From NCBI GenBank assembly GCA_964402565.1, contig CAYOCJ010000001.1:224079-288078 (forward strand): a stretch of 64,000 nucleotides of DNA. Reading direction: 5' to 3'. Positions 38,666 to 48,135 of this stretch are shown here, piece after piece. This DNA is from an uncultured Gammaproteobacteria bacterium. Its GTDB lineage: Bacteria; Patescibacteriota; Patescibacteriia; UBA1558; 2-01-FULL-52-15. Made by a program: the position numbers and the translations under genes. Position 1 is the first letter of the stretch. The number at the start of each line of letters is the position of its first letter. Under the pieces are notes generated by a model that had not been told where the DNA came from, ran no database searches, and worked only from the letters and a program-made list of their open reading frames with translations.

Positions 38666-39944
38666 GAAAATCGTCCGCGCTGACGGCAGCGTCATCGTGC
38701 TTGTGCCTCGCCAAGAATCCCAGTCAGTGACCTGGGAAATTATGTTTAAAGTAGGATCCCGGCAGGAACAGAGATCGATCAACGGCGTTTCCCATTTCAT
38801 TGAGCATTTGATGTTCAAAGGCACCAAGAAGCGCCCGAATACGAAACTTATCTCTCGAGAACTCGATTCTGTCGGAGCAGAATACAATGCATTTACCGGC
38901 AAAGATCACACAGGCTACTATATTCAGACCGATAAGGATAATATCCAGCTTGGCATCGATATGCTTTCGGATATGCTGCATAATTCTCTTTTTGAGAAAA
39001 AAGAAATGGAACGCGAGCGAAGCGTTATCGTCGAGGAGCTGAATATGTATCGTGATAATCCGCTGATGCGCATCGATGAGAAGTTCGAAGAAACCATCTT
39101 CAAAGGAACGCCCCTTGGCTGGGATATCGGCGGGCCGCGAGAGGTGATCAAATCAGTGCCGTATGACAAATTGATCCATTTCCGCGACCGGTTCTACTAT
39201 TCAGGCAATATGGTCATAGGCCTTTCCGGGAATTTCAAGGAAGAAAAAGCATTGAAGCTCATTAATCGTTATTTCCCCGTGCGGACCAGGAAAGCGAAAG
39301 CGGCTATTACGAAGCTGAAGATCAATCAGGAGAAACCGAAAGTAACCATTGAGGAAAAAAAGACCGATCAAATTCAGCTCATGCTTGGTTTCCCCGGATT
39401 CTCTCACACGCACAAGGATGCAGAGGCATTGATGCTGCTCGCTGTCATAATGGGAGGTTCTATGAGTTCGCGTTTATTCATCAATATCCGCGAGCGTAAA
39501 GGGCTTGCATACCGGGTCGGAGCAACAAGCGAAGCATTCGAAGATCTCGGATACTTTGCAGTCTTTGCCGGACTCGACAAGGCCCGGATAGATGAAGCTT
39601 TGCTTGCGATCAGAGATGAATTGGTATTGGTCTCGAAGAAAGGCGTGACCGGAGAAGAATTCAAGCGTGCAAAGGATAATGTACGCGGCCGTTTGATATT
39701 GAAATTTGAGAAGCCAAGTTCCTATTTGTCGTATCTCATGAGCCAGGAGTTACTCCTGAATAAAATTCAAAGCTTAGAAGAACGCTTGGCGCGTATCAAT
39801 AAGGTAACGCGTGCTGACGTGAACCGCGTCGCGAAGAACATTATCAAATGGAAGAAGGCTAACCTTGCCTTGATTGGACCCTATAAAGATAGCAAGCGGT
39901 TCTCGAAAGTTTTGACAGCGAGTTTGCCGAACAGAAAAGGCTAG
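38658..39944 (+). CDS. M16-family (insulinase/pitrilysin-like) zinc peptidase
   Basis: Inverted zinc motif HFIEHLMFKGT (HxxEH) and a two-domain M16 architecture. Confidence 0.75.
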   Translation: MHKKIVRADGSVIVLVPRQESQSVTWEIMFKVGSRQEQRSINGVSHFIEHLMFKGTKKRPNTKLISRELDSVGAEYNAFTGKDHTGYYIQTDKDNIQLGIDMLSDMLHNSLFEKKEMERERSVIVEELNMYRDNPLMRIDEKFEETIFKGTPLGWDIGGPREVIKSVPYDKLIHFRDRFYYSGNMVIGLSGNFKEEKALKLINRYFPVRTRKAKAAITKLKINQEKPKVTIEEKKTDQIQLMLGFPGFSHTHKDAEALMLLAVIMGGSMSSRLFINIRERKGLAYRVGATSEAFEDLGYFAVFAGLDKARIDEALLAIRDELVLVSKKGVTGEEFKRAKDNVRGRLILKFEKPSSYLSYLMSQELLLNKIQSLEERLARINKVTRADVNRVAKNIIKWKKANLALIGPYKDSKRFSKVLTASLPNRKG

Positions 39945-39958
39945 TATACAATAGTACT

Positions 39959-41017
39959 ATGACGCAACCGGGTGAAAAAGTTCGTATTTCTATTACAACC
40001 GAGACGCTGCTGCGGATTTTTTTGGTCGTTATCGGCGCATGGTTTTTATGGGTCATTCACGATATCATCGCGCTGATTTTCGTCTGTTTGATCCTCTCAT
40101 CAGCCTTAAACCCTACCGTTGAATACCTCACGCGCTTTGGCATTCCGAGGATTCTTGGCATCGTTCTTATTTACGTCGTTTTTCTTACTATTATCGGTTC
40201 AGTGATCGCAGGCATCGCAGGACCGATCGCGACCGAAGTTAAAAATCTCGGTGACCAATTGCCGAGGTATTACGATGAAATAAATTCAAGTATCGAAAAA
40301 CTGCAAACCTCTCAAAATCTTAGCTTCTTTACAGCCGATCGTCTGCAAAGTTTCGGGGGCGGATTGAACGGTATGATCACGAATCTTTCGCATCTTGCAT
40401 CTGGTAATGCATTTACGGTCATCAGCGCAGTGTTCGGCGGCGTCATCTCGGTGGTCCTCGCACTTGTCATTACCTTCTATTTTATCGTGCAGCAGGGCGC
40501 TGTTCGCTTTTTCATCACATGGGTCGTACCGCGGGGGAGTGAAGACGAAACAATCCTTATCATCGAGAAGATCCAGTCGAAACTCGGACTTTGGCTTCGC
40601 GGCCAGCTCATGCTCTCACTGATCATTTTCCTGCTTGATTATGTAGGATTGAAGATCATCGGTGTGCAGTATGCCTTGGTGCTGGCTTTGCTTGCAGGAA
40701 TTTTTGAGGTCGTACCGTACCTCGGTCCGATTTTGAGCGGCATTCCTGCTATTTTCCTGACGGTCGCCACTGGCGGCTGGTGGCAGGCACTGTTCGTCCT
40801 GATCCTGTATGTCCTTGTCCAGCAATTGGAAAATCATATCATTCTGCCGAAAGTCATGGCGAAAAGCGTGGGCTTGAATCCATTGGTCGTTATCGTCGCT
40901 GTTCTCATCGGCGCTAAATTATCCGGTGTGGTCGGCTCGCTCATGGCAGTTCCGGTGGCTACGGCTATTGCGGTGTATCTGGAAGAGAAGGGCTATAAGA
41001 AAGAATTGATCGTGTAA
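39959..41017 (+). CDS. AI-2E family (PerM/UPF0118) transporter
   Basis: 8 TM helices and the C-terminal conserved block LGPILSGIPAIFL...VLVQQLENHIILPKVM. Confidence 0.7.
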   Translation: MTQPGEKVRISITTETLLRIFLVVIGAWFLWVIHDIIALIFVCLILSSALNPTVEYLTRFGIPRILGIVLIYVVFLTIIGSVIAGIAGPIATEVKNLGDQLPRYYDEINSSIEKLQTSQNLSFFTADRLQSFGGGLNGMITNLSHLASGNAFTVISAVFGGVISVVLALVITFYFIVQQGAVRFFITWVVPRGSEDETILIIEKIQSKLGLWLRGQLMLSLIIFLLDYVGLKIIGVQYALVLALLAGIFEVVPYLGPILSGIPAIFLTVATGGWWQALFVLILYVLVQQLENHIILPKVMAKSVGLNPLVVIVAVLIGAKLSGVVGSLMAVPVATAIAVYLEEKGYKKELIV

Positions 41018-41024
41018 CAATCTC

Positions 41025-41693
41025 ATGGCGGAGTTGTATATTGTTGCCACGCCTATCGGCAATCTTGAAGATATCACGCACCGCGCGGTGCGTGTTTTGT
41101 CTGAGGTAGACCTGATCTTGGCAGAGGATACGCGCGTGACGCGAAATCTGCTCGCGCATTACGGCATTGCGATCAAAACGCATGCATGGCATCAGCATAG
41201 TACTTCGAAAGATTTTTCATTCGTCAAAACATTATTCGGGCAGGGGAAAACGATTGCCTATGTGAGCGACGCGGGCACGCCGGGCATCTCGGACCCCGGC
41301 GGCAAATTGATTGAACTGACATTGCGCGAATGTCCTGAAGTAAAAATCGTTCAATTGCCTGGCGCTTCTGCGCTCGGGGCAGCGATTTCAATTGCCGGTA
41401 TACCTATGGATGAATTTATCTTCATGGGTTTTCTGCCGCATAAAAAAGGCAGACAAACAGCGTTGCGTCGCATTACGCAGGCTGAATCACCAGTCATTCT
41501 GTTCGAATCCGTGCATCGCATCCATAAGTTATTAACTGAACTTGCAGGAAGCGGCAAACAGGTTATAGTATGTAGAGAATTAACCAAGAAATTTGAAACA
41601 GTATATCGAGGAACGCCGGAGGATGTAGCGAAGGAATTAAAACCAGCAGAAACCAAAGGCGAATTCGTTGTTATTATTCATGAACATGAGTAA
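41025..41693 (+). CDS. rsmI: 16S rRNA (cytidine1402-2'-O)-methyltransferase RsmI
   Basis: LYIVATPIGNLEDITHRAVRVLSEVDLILAEDTR, a tetrapyrrole-methylase fold. Confidence 0.85.
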   Translation: MAELYIVATPIGNLEDITHRAVRVLSEVDLILAEDTRVTRNLLAHYGIAIKTHAWHQHSTSKDFSFVKTLFGQGKTIAYVSDAGTPGISDPGGKLIELTLRECPEVKIVQLPGASALGAAISIAGIPMDEFIFMGFLPHKKGRQTALRRITQAESPVILFESVHRIHKLLTELAGSGKQVIVCRELTKKFETVYRGTPEDVAKELKPAETKGEFVVIIHEHE

Positions 41694-43122
41694 CAAGAAA
41701 TACTACATTACAACAGCAATACCCTATGTGAACGCAAAGCCGCATATTGGTTTTGCACTGGAATTGGTCCAAAGCGACGTTATTGCTCGTATGCATCGTG
41801 CACAAGGCTACGACGTATTTTTTTTAACCGGCACCGATGATAATAGTTTGAAAAATGTGCAAGCTGCAGAAAAAGCCGGCCAATCGACAAAGGAGTTCGT
41901 TGATGCAAATGCGCAGATTTTTCGGGACCTGACCGATGTGCTTACAATCTCAAATGATCATTTTGTCCGTACTGCACAGCACGATCATTTTGCGGGTGCA
42001 CAAAAACTATGGTCCGCATGTAAGCCTGAGGATATATATAAAAAAAAGTACGCAGGCTTATACTGCGTCGGTTGTGAACTTTTTTACAGTGAAAGTGAGC
42101 TGGTAGACGGGAAATGTCCGGAACATAAAACAGTGCCAGAACTCGTTGAAGAAGAAAATTATTTCTTTAAGCTATCTAACTATCAAGAGCAACTGGCATC
42201 GCTCATCGAATCTGATGCGTATACGATCGTTCCTTCGTCGCGAAAAAAAGAGATACTCAGTTTTATCAAGATGGGCTTGGAGGATTTTAGTATTTCGAGA
42301 TCAGTCGCACGTGCGAAGAATTGGGGCGTTCCAGTTCCGGGGGATCCTTCGCAGATCATGTATGTGTGGTTCGATGCGCTTTCAAATTATATTACCGCCC
42401 TTGGCTATGGTTCTGACGAAAAAAAGTTCAATCGGTATTGGCCTGCAGACCTGCATGTGATCGGCAAAGGTATAATTCGATTCCATGCCGTATATTGGCC
42501 TGCAATGCTGCTGTCTGCGGAACTCGTGCTTCCAAAAAAACTTTTTGTCCATGGGTATATCAACGTCGCCGGTGAAAAAATGTCTAAATCTTTGGGCAAT
42601 GTCATTGACCCATTCGAACTCACGCGTACCTATGGCACGGAAGCCGTGCGATGGTATTTGCTCAAACATATGCATCCATTCGAAGATAGTGATTTTTTTG
42701 AGGAGAAATTTATTGAATCGTATAATGCTGACCTTGCGAATGGTCTGGGTAACTTATTGTCACGCGTTACCAATATGGTGCAGAAATATGGCGTTACGAT
42801 CACGACCCCTGCATTTTCACATGACACTGCATTTGAACAAAGGATTTCCGGATATATCGCCGATCTTCATTTCCGCGATGCATTGCTTGAGGTCTGGAAA
42901 AAAATTGCCGAAGCAAATCAAACGATCGACCGAGAAAAGCCCTGGACTATCGCCGAATCCGACCCGGCTACGTTACAGAAATTGTTGCAGCAACTGGTGT
43001 TGGATCTCTACGACATACAACTGGCTTTAGAGCCGTTTATGCCGGCAACATCGAAAAAAATACATGAGGTCATTACCGCAAACCCTATAGTGAAATCAGA
43101 GCCATTATTTGGTAGACTGTAG
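41686..43122 (+). CDS. metG: Methionyl-tRNA synthetase (short form)
   Basis: YYITTAIPYVNAKPHIGFA (HIGH variant) and KMSKSLGN. The start is ATG 41686, overlapping the rsmI stop by 8 nt. Confidence 0.9.
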   Translation: MSNKKYYITTAIPYVNAKPHIGFALELVQSDVIARMHRAQGYDVFFLTGTDDNSLKNVQAAEKAGQSTKEFVDANAQIFRDLTDVLTISNDHFVRTAQHDHFAGAQKLWSACKPEDIYKKKYAGLYCVGCELFYSESELVDGKCPEHKTVPELVEEENYFFKLSNYQEQLASLIESDAYTIVPSSRKKEILSFIKMGLEDFSISRSVARAKNWGVPVPGDPSQIMYVWFDALSNYITALGYGSDEKKFNRYWPADLHVIGKGIIRFHAVYWPAMLLSAELVLPKKLFVHGYINVAGEKMSKSLGNVIDPFELTRTYGTEAVRWYLLKHMHPFEDSDFFEEKFIESYNADLANGLGNLLSRVTNMVQKYGVTITTPAFSHDTAFEQRISGYIADLHFRDALLEVWKKIAEANQTIDREKPWTIAESDPATLQKLLQQLVLDLYDIQLALEPFMPATSKKIHEVITANPIVKSEPLFGRL

Positions 43123-43124
43123 AT

Positions 43125-43793
43125 ATGAACATTTGGGATATAGTGCTGCTTGTTATCCTGGCCTACTTTATCTATAAAGGCTTTCGTTCGGGTTTTGTGA
43201 AGATTATTGGCGGTTTTGCCGCCATCGTGGTTGGTGCATGGGCAGCAGGCCAATTTTACGATATGGTCGCGCAATGGTTCATCGAGTATTTCGACATGCA
43301 GCTTATGACCGCGATCGTGGTATCGTTCATTGCCATCTACGCAGCAACGAATATCATCATCAATGTTCTTGTCGGCATTATTACAAGAGTGTTCCGTTAT
43401 ATTCCGATGGCGACATTTACGAATCGACTTATTGGTGCAGTTTTAGGTTTTTTCGAGGGCTTGCTGCTGCTCGGGCTCATGATTTGGGTCATTAATTTAT
43501 TTCCATTCCAGAATGAATTTGCAACATCGCTGAAAGAATCTAAAGTTGCTTCATATTTCGAATATTCGACGAAATTAGTCCAGCCGCTTTTGCCGAAAAG
43601 CTTGCGCGATATCGACTTTGGCGTTTTTGATCAGCTCAATGATTTCGGCACATCAAAGGCCGACTATTTGAAGCAGCATATGCCGAATATTTTCCAGGGC
43701 CTGGAGAAAATTCAACAGGAGAAAAAGAATGAGATCAATGCAATGGATAATGCGACATCACCTGCTGCGCCGACGTCAACCCCAAAACAATAA
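43125..43793 (+). CDS. cvpA: CvpA-family membrane protein
   Basis: MNIWDIVLLVILAYFIYKGFRSGFVKIIGG N-terminus. 4 TM helices. Confidence 0.7.
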   Translation: MNIWDIVLLVILAYFIYKGFRSGFVKIIGGFAAIVVGAWAAGQFYDMVAQWFIEYFDMQLMTAIVVSFIAIYAATNIIINVLVGIITRVFRYIPMATFTNRLIGAVLGFFEGLLLLGLMIWVINLFPFQNEFATSLKESKVASYFEYSTKLVQPLLPKSLRDIDFGVFDQLNDFGTSKADYLKQHMPNIFQGLEKIQQEKKNEINAMDNATSPAAPTSTPKQ

Positions 43794-44590
43794 TGCTCTT
43801 CGATTCGCACACTCATTTGAATTTTAAGGCATTTGATGAAGATCGCGAAGCAGTCCTTTCTCGCTGCGCTGAAGCTGAAATGCTGATCATGAATGTTGGC
43901 GCTGCACTCGATACAAGTGCGAGGGCGGTTGAGATTGCTTTAGCGAATGATTTTAGCTATGCGACGATCGGCCTGCATCCTATCCATGTCTATGATGAGG
44001 AGTTTCATCCTAAGGATTACCAGGCATTGATCGAACAAAGTGCAGGTCGAGTGAAGGCTATCGGTGAATGCGGCATTGACTATTGGCACATAAAGCGACC
44101 TGACATTCCGATGGATGAATTGAAAGCAAAACAGAAAGAAGTCTTTGAAGCACAGATCAGCTTAGCTTTGAACAATGATCTCGCTTTGATGATACACGGA
44201 AGGAATGGCGCTGAGGACCTAACTGCGTATAAGGATATATATGAGATTGTAGAAAGCAGGGGAGTGAAACGCGCGACCGTGCATTGTTATGGCGGGGACC
44301 TGGAAGAAGCCCTGATGTTCACCGCAAAGGGTTTTTATATCGGCATTACGGGGATCATTACCTTCGATAAGACCGGCCGCCTTGATGAGATCGTGCAGGC
44401 AATACCTTTGGAACATGTACTGATCGAAACAGATGCGCCATATCTGACGCCGGTGCCGCATCGCGGCAAGCGCAATGAGCCGCCCTATGTACTCGAAGTT
44501 GCGAAGCATATTGCACACGTGAAAGGAGTTTCAGTAGAGGAGGTTATTGAGACTACCTGTGCGAATGCGAAGAAATTGTTTCAAATATAG
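43793..44590 (+). CDS. tatD: TatD-family metal-dependent hydrolase
   Basis: MLFDSHTHLNF, and His and Asp ligands at the conserved positions (GECGIDYWH, VHCYGG, ETDAPYL). Confidence 0.85.
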   Translation: MLFDSHTHLNFKAFDEDREAVLSRCAEAEMLIMNVGAALDTSARAVEIALANDFSYATIGLHPIHVYDEEFHPKDYQALIEQSAGRVKAIGECGIDYWHIKRPDIPMDELKAKQKEVFEAQISLALNNDLALMIHGRNGAEDLTAYKDIYEIVESRGVKRATVHCYGGDLEEALMFTAKGFYIGITGIITFDKTGRLDEIVQAIPLEHVLIETDAPYLTPVPHRGKRNEPPYVLEVAKHIAHVKGVSVEEVIETTCANAKKLFQI

Positions 44591-44680
44591 TTTAGATAAA
44601 AAAACTCCCCGACCCTTTCCGCACTGGTTTTTCCAGTTTGGATTGGATCGGGGCCTCTTCAGGTTTACCGTCGGCGCAGA

Positions 44681-44920
44681 CTAGCGAACCTGAGCTAAGG
44701 ATTTCTCCACCTTGTCGCACTCGATGCTTCCGATGACCTTGTTCTCCGAGACGATCAAGCAGACGTTGCTGTGGCGCGTATCCCGCAAGTAGTAGGTCTT
44801 CTTGAGGATATTCGCCGGCCGGTTCTGGTAGTCGGAACAGAACCAGATGCCGCCCAGGAGAACAACGACCATCAGCGAAATCAAGCCCAGAAGTTGGAAC
44901 ATCGTTTTGATCTTTTGCAC
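44681..44920 (-). CDS. Small single-TM protein (79 aa)
   Basis: SD AAGGAG 9 nt before the GTG start. One TM helix (LLGLISLMVVVLLGGIWF). Confidence 0.4.
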   Translation of the reverse strand: MQKIKTMFQLLGLISLMVVVLLGGIWFCSDYQNRPANILKKTYYLRDTRHSNVCLIVSENKVIGSIECDKVEKSLAQVR

Positions 44921-45026
44921 GGGATCTCTCCTTTCAAAGGTCGTTCACCCTGAGATAGGGTAGGGTTTCGCAATTTCGCGAACGATATATAATACTATAC
45001 ACGATTGATTCTGTCAATACTTTTAA

Positions 45027-45055
45027 TTGCCTCAACTCATACACTTCGCTATACT
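45027..45055 (+). promoter_or_regulatory. sigma70-like promoter TTGCCT-17-TATACT upstream of rmuC (near-leaderless)
   Basis: -35 at 45027-45032 and -10 at 45050-45055. The rmuC ATG at 45067 is only about 5 nt from the predicted TSS. Confidence 0.5.
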
Positions 45056-45066
45056 GTCTATATTCT

Positions 45067-46164
45067 ATGCAGCAGATTCTCATTATTGTAAGTATTTTTG
45101 TAGGCGTCGTGAGCGTGATCGGACTTGCGGTCATTTTCCGGCGTTTGCAGCATTTCCGGGAAACAACGTCCGATGACAAGTCGTCATTGCTTCTGCAACA
45201 GCAGATCCAGGAATTAACGCGCACCCTTGACCAGAAGCTGAGCGATTCCTCGAAAGCATTGCAGGATCATACCCTCGCATCTGCAAAAATGGTTCAGGAG
45301 CAATTCAAAGAAAGCTCGAAAGTAGCCCGAGATACCGTAGCACAGCTGACGCAATTGCAGGAAACCAATAAGCAAGTGCTAAATTTTTCAGATCAACTGA
45401 AGAATTTACAGGATATCCTGAAAAATCCGAAGCAGCGCGGGGTGCTCGGTGAATACTATCTCGAAGAAACGCTTCGAAATGTATTGCCCCCGAATTCCTA
45501 TGAGATGCAGTATAAGCTTGGCCGCGACGAGAAGACCAATCAGGACTTGATAGTTGATGCCGTGGTGAAAGTCAAAGGCAAGCTGATACCAGTTGATTCG
45601 AAATTTTCACTGGAAAATTATGAGCGCATTTTGCAAGAGAAAGATGAAGAGAAGCGGGAGTTGCTCGAACGAAATTTCAAGCAAGATCTGAAAAACCGGA
45701 TCGACGAAACATCAAAATATGTCCGGCCTGATTTCAATACGATGGATTTTGCATTTATGTTCATTCCATCTGAAGCAATTTACTATGACCTCTTGATCAA
45801 TAAAGTCGGCGCTGTAGCAGTAAACACACGTGACCTCATTGAATATGCGTTCCGGGATAAAAAAGTCATTATTGTATCTCCGACATCCTTTTTGGCATAT
45901 TTGCAAACGGTGCTACAGGGTTTACGGGCCATGCAGATAGAGGAGAGCGCGAAAGAGATAAAAGCCAATGTCGAAAAACTTGAAAAACATTTAGGTGCCT
46001 ATAATCAGCATATGCAAAAACTTGGTAATCAGCTTGGCACGGTTGTGAATACCTATAATACGGCCTCAACAGAGTTTAAAAAGATCGATAAAGATGTCTT
46101 AAAAATAACTGACACCGACCGGACATTGCTTGAAAGTACTTCAGTGGACAAGCCTAAAGAATAG
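45067..46164 (+). CDS. rmuC: DNA recombination protein RmuC
   Basis: N-terminal TM helix, a long coiled coil, and the C-terminal RmuC core (MDFAFMFIPSEAIYYDLL...KKVIIVSPTSFLAYL). Confidence 0.85.
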   Translation: MQQILIIVSIFVGVVSVIGLAVIFRRLQHFRETTSDDKSSLLLQQQIQELTRTLDQKLSDSSKALQDHTLASAKMVQEQFKESSKVARDTVAQLTQLQETNKQVLNFSDQLKNLQDILKNPKQRGVLGEYYLEETLRNVLPPNSYEMQYKLGRDEKTNQDLIVDAVVKVKGKLIPVDSKFSLENYERILQEKDEEKRELLERNFKQDLKNRIDETSKYVRPDFNTMDFAFMFIPSEAIYYDLLINKVGAVAVNTRDLIEYAFRDKKVIIVSPTSFLAYLQTVLQGLRAMQIEESAKEIKANVEKLEKHLGAYNQHMQKLGNQLGTVVNTYNTASTEFKKIDKDVLKITDTDRTLLESTSVDKPKE

Positions 46165-46166
46165 GT

Positions 46167-47129
46167 ATGCGAAGAGCTTTAATTGTTTGTAGCGCCCTCA
46201 TGGGGGTATTTTTTATTGCATGGTATTTTACTACGCGTCGACAGCAGTTGCCGTCCTATATTGATCGGCTGGAAGCTTCAAAGCAAATGCAGGAGAGAAT
46301 GAAGCAAAGCGGGGTAAGTGCCGGCTTCACCTATCTCCGGGGTCTTATCTCTGAGCAGCGATTGCGTGGCAGTGATTGCCATATCTTGGTTCATGATATT
46401 GGTCATTTTGCTTTTGAGTCCTACGGCAGCTTCTCTCAGGCTATGCAACATTCTGATGAACTTTGTAATTCAGGGTATATTCATGGTTTACTTGAGCGCG
46501 GTTTTCAGGAAGGCGATCAGTTTATGGCAGAAGCACCGTCGGTATGTGCGACAGTACCCAAGGGTCTGAAAACGTGGGAATGCTACCATGGCATTGGTCA
46601 TGGTTTCATGTATGAGACCAGTAATGACCTTCCAAAATCAATCGAGCTATGTGAAAAGCTCGACGCCGAAGGTTCAGGACCATGTGTCAACGGGGTTTTT
46701 ATGGAAAATTTTAATTCAGAAGACTCGTTACATCCATCCGCTTACCGCTCGTCTGAGCATCCATTGCGTGTGTGTCAGGATATGTCTGACCAGTATAAAG
46801 GGGATTGCTATGTATATGCGCCGGCATACTATTTAGCAGAACATCCTGATGACATAGAGGGCGCTTTACTCATGTGCGCAGAATCAGAAATTTCATACCG
46901 ATCAACGTGCTGGCTTGGGATTGGTGCCGAGATTATGAAACAACATGTGCCCGATATCCGATCGGTAGAGCAGTTATGTGCTCGGACCGGATCGAATGAA
47001 CGGCCATATTGTTTCCTGGGTGCAACCGTATACTATAGCCTGCATACAGGAATCGAAGGGGCAGCTGCATGCGATATGTATTCTCCGAAGATTCGTACAT
47101 GGTGCCACTCATGGAATATAGAATCATAG
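46167..47129 (+). CDS. Membrane-anchored Cys/His-rich repeat protein (hypothetical)
   Basis: N-terminal TM helix, then about six repeats of a C-x-(H/N)-G-(I/V)-G-H-(F/G) unit (CHILVHDIGHFAF, CYHGIGHGFMY, CVNGVFMENF, CYVYAPAYY, CWLGIGAEIM, CFLGATVYY). Confidence 0.5.
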   Translation: MRRALIVCSALMGVFFIAWYFTTRRQQLPSYIDRLEASKQMQERMKQSGVSAGFTYLRGLISEQRLRGSDCHILVHDIGHFAFESYGSFSQAMQHSDELCNSGYIHGLLERGFQEGDQFMAEAPSVCATVPKGLKTWECYHGIGHGFMYETSNDLPKSIELCEKLDAEGSGPCVNGVFMENFNSEDSLHPSAYRSSEHPLRVCQDMSDQYKGDCYVYAPAYYLAEHPDDIEGALLMCAESEISYRSTCWLGIGAEIMKQHVPDIRSVEQLCARTGSNERPYCFLGATVYYSLHTGIEGAAACDMYSPKIRTWCHSWNIES

Positions 47130-47176
47130 ATATTTTTTGAATTTTGTTGTTCGCGGTACTACCTTGATGCATGAAA

Positions 47177-47210
47177 CAGCCGCCCGCAAGCCTTTGGCTT
47201 GGGGCGGCTG
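47177..47210. terminator. Bidirectional terminator hairpin (9-bp perfect stem CAGCCGCCC/GGGCGGCTG)
   Basis: Lies between convergent genes 46167..47129 (+) and 47216..48022 (-). Confidence 0.55.
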
Positions 47211-47215
47211 TCATT

Positions 47216-48022
47216 TCAGGCAGTAATTTGTGCGACGACCTCGGCAGGCCGGAGGGTCTTCACGGCGTTTCGCCAGCATTCTCTGCACCAGCCCGGCATA
47301 ATCGAGCGAACTCGAATTTGTCTGCAATTGCAGCAGCGCGAATAGCGATATTTTTTGTTGCAGCTTCGACAAATCGGATATTTCCCTTTGAGCCGAAGCT
47401 CGACCATCCGCTCATTCTTGCACAGTGCGCAGGCTTCCTTACGGTAACCTTTCTTTTTGTTATGACACCAATTACAGATAGGCTTTCCGTCAGGAGTTCG
47501 CGTGGTGACGACCTTCATGCGGTTACAGCCGCTGCACGGCACCTTTTCAAGAGGCTTGAAGCGCTTGCGAACGCAATTCTGACACACTGGTCTGCGATCT
47601 GCACCATGCCTGCTATGAACGATGCGATATCGCCGACAATAGAAACAAAATCTTCGTTTCGGCTTAAAGCCGGCTTTTCTGCATGTCGCAAGGCACAGGA
47701 GACGGCCGTCTTTCCTCACTTTCGCTACCGGACGCACTTTACCGCAGCGCGAGCATTCGCCGACAGGCGGGTGATAATGATGTATCCGGTAGCACCGGGC
47801 ACAGACAGGTTCCGTTTTGTTCAGACGGTATTGTACCGGCTTCACGAGGCCGCAATAGTGACAGGGTTCACACGGGAGATCGTAGAAATATCTGTCGTTG
47901 CATTTTTTGCAGACCGGTTTATTACTGTTCCGTATGCGAAGTGCAACCGGCCGCATTTCCTTGCAGCAAGAGCAGCGTTCACGTCTCGTTCCGCTTTTTT
48001 GATGCGCAGCAGCAGTGGTCAT
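47216..48022 (-). CDS. Highly basic protein made of seven tandem CxxC...CxxC zinc-ribbon (rubredoxin-like) repeats
   Basis: There are 15 CxxC-type knuckles in 268 aa with roughly 35-aa periodicity (CHYCGLVKPV...PVCARC, CSRCGKVRPV..., CFYCRRYRIV...PVCQNC, CSGCNRMKVV...PICNWC, CALCKNERMV...PICRSC). K and R are very abundant. SD GGAAGGGGG precedes the ATG. The locus appears higher in GC than its flanks. Confidence 0.6.
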   Translation of the reverse strand: MTTAAAHQKSGTRRERCSCCKEMRPVALRIRNSNKPVCKKCNDRYFYDLPCEPCHYCGLVKPVQYRLNKTEPVCARCYRIHHYHPPVGECSRCGKVRPVAKVRKDGRLLCLATCRKAGFKPKRRFCFYCRRYRIVHSRHGADRRPVCQNCVRKRFKPLEKVPCSGCNRMKVVTTRTPDGKPICNWCHNKKKGYRKEACALCKNERMVELRLKGKYPICRSCNKKYRYSRCCNCRQIRVRSIMPGWCRECWRNAVKTLRPAEVVAQITA

Positions 48023-48135
48023 GACGCCCCCTTCCGTCGATGTGAAATGATCAAGCCGGAAGTGTTACCCCCGGCTTACCCATCAATAGTATCCCCAGGA
48101 TTCAGCATTAGTCAACACTGTGTTACAATGACCAT

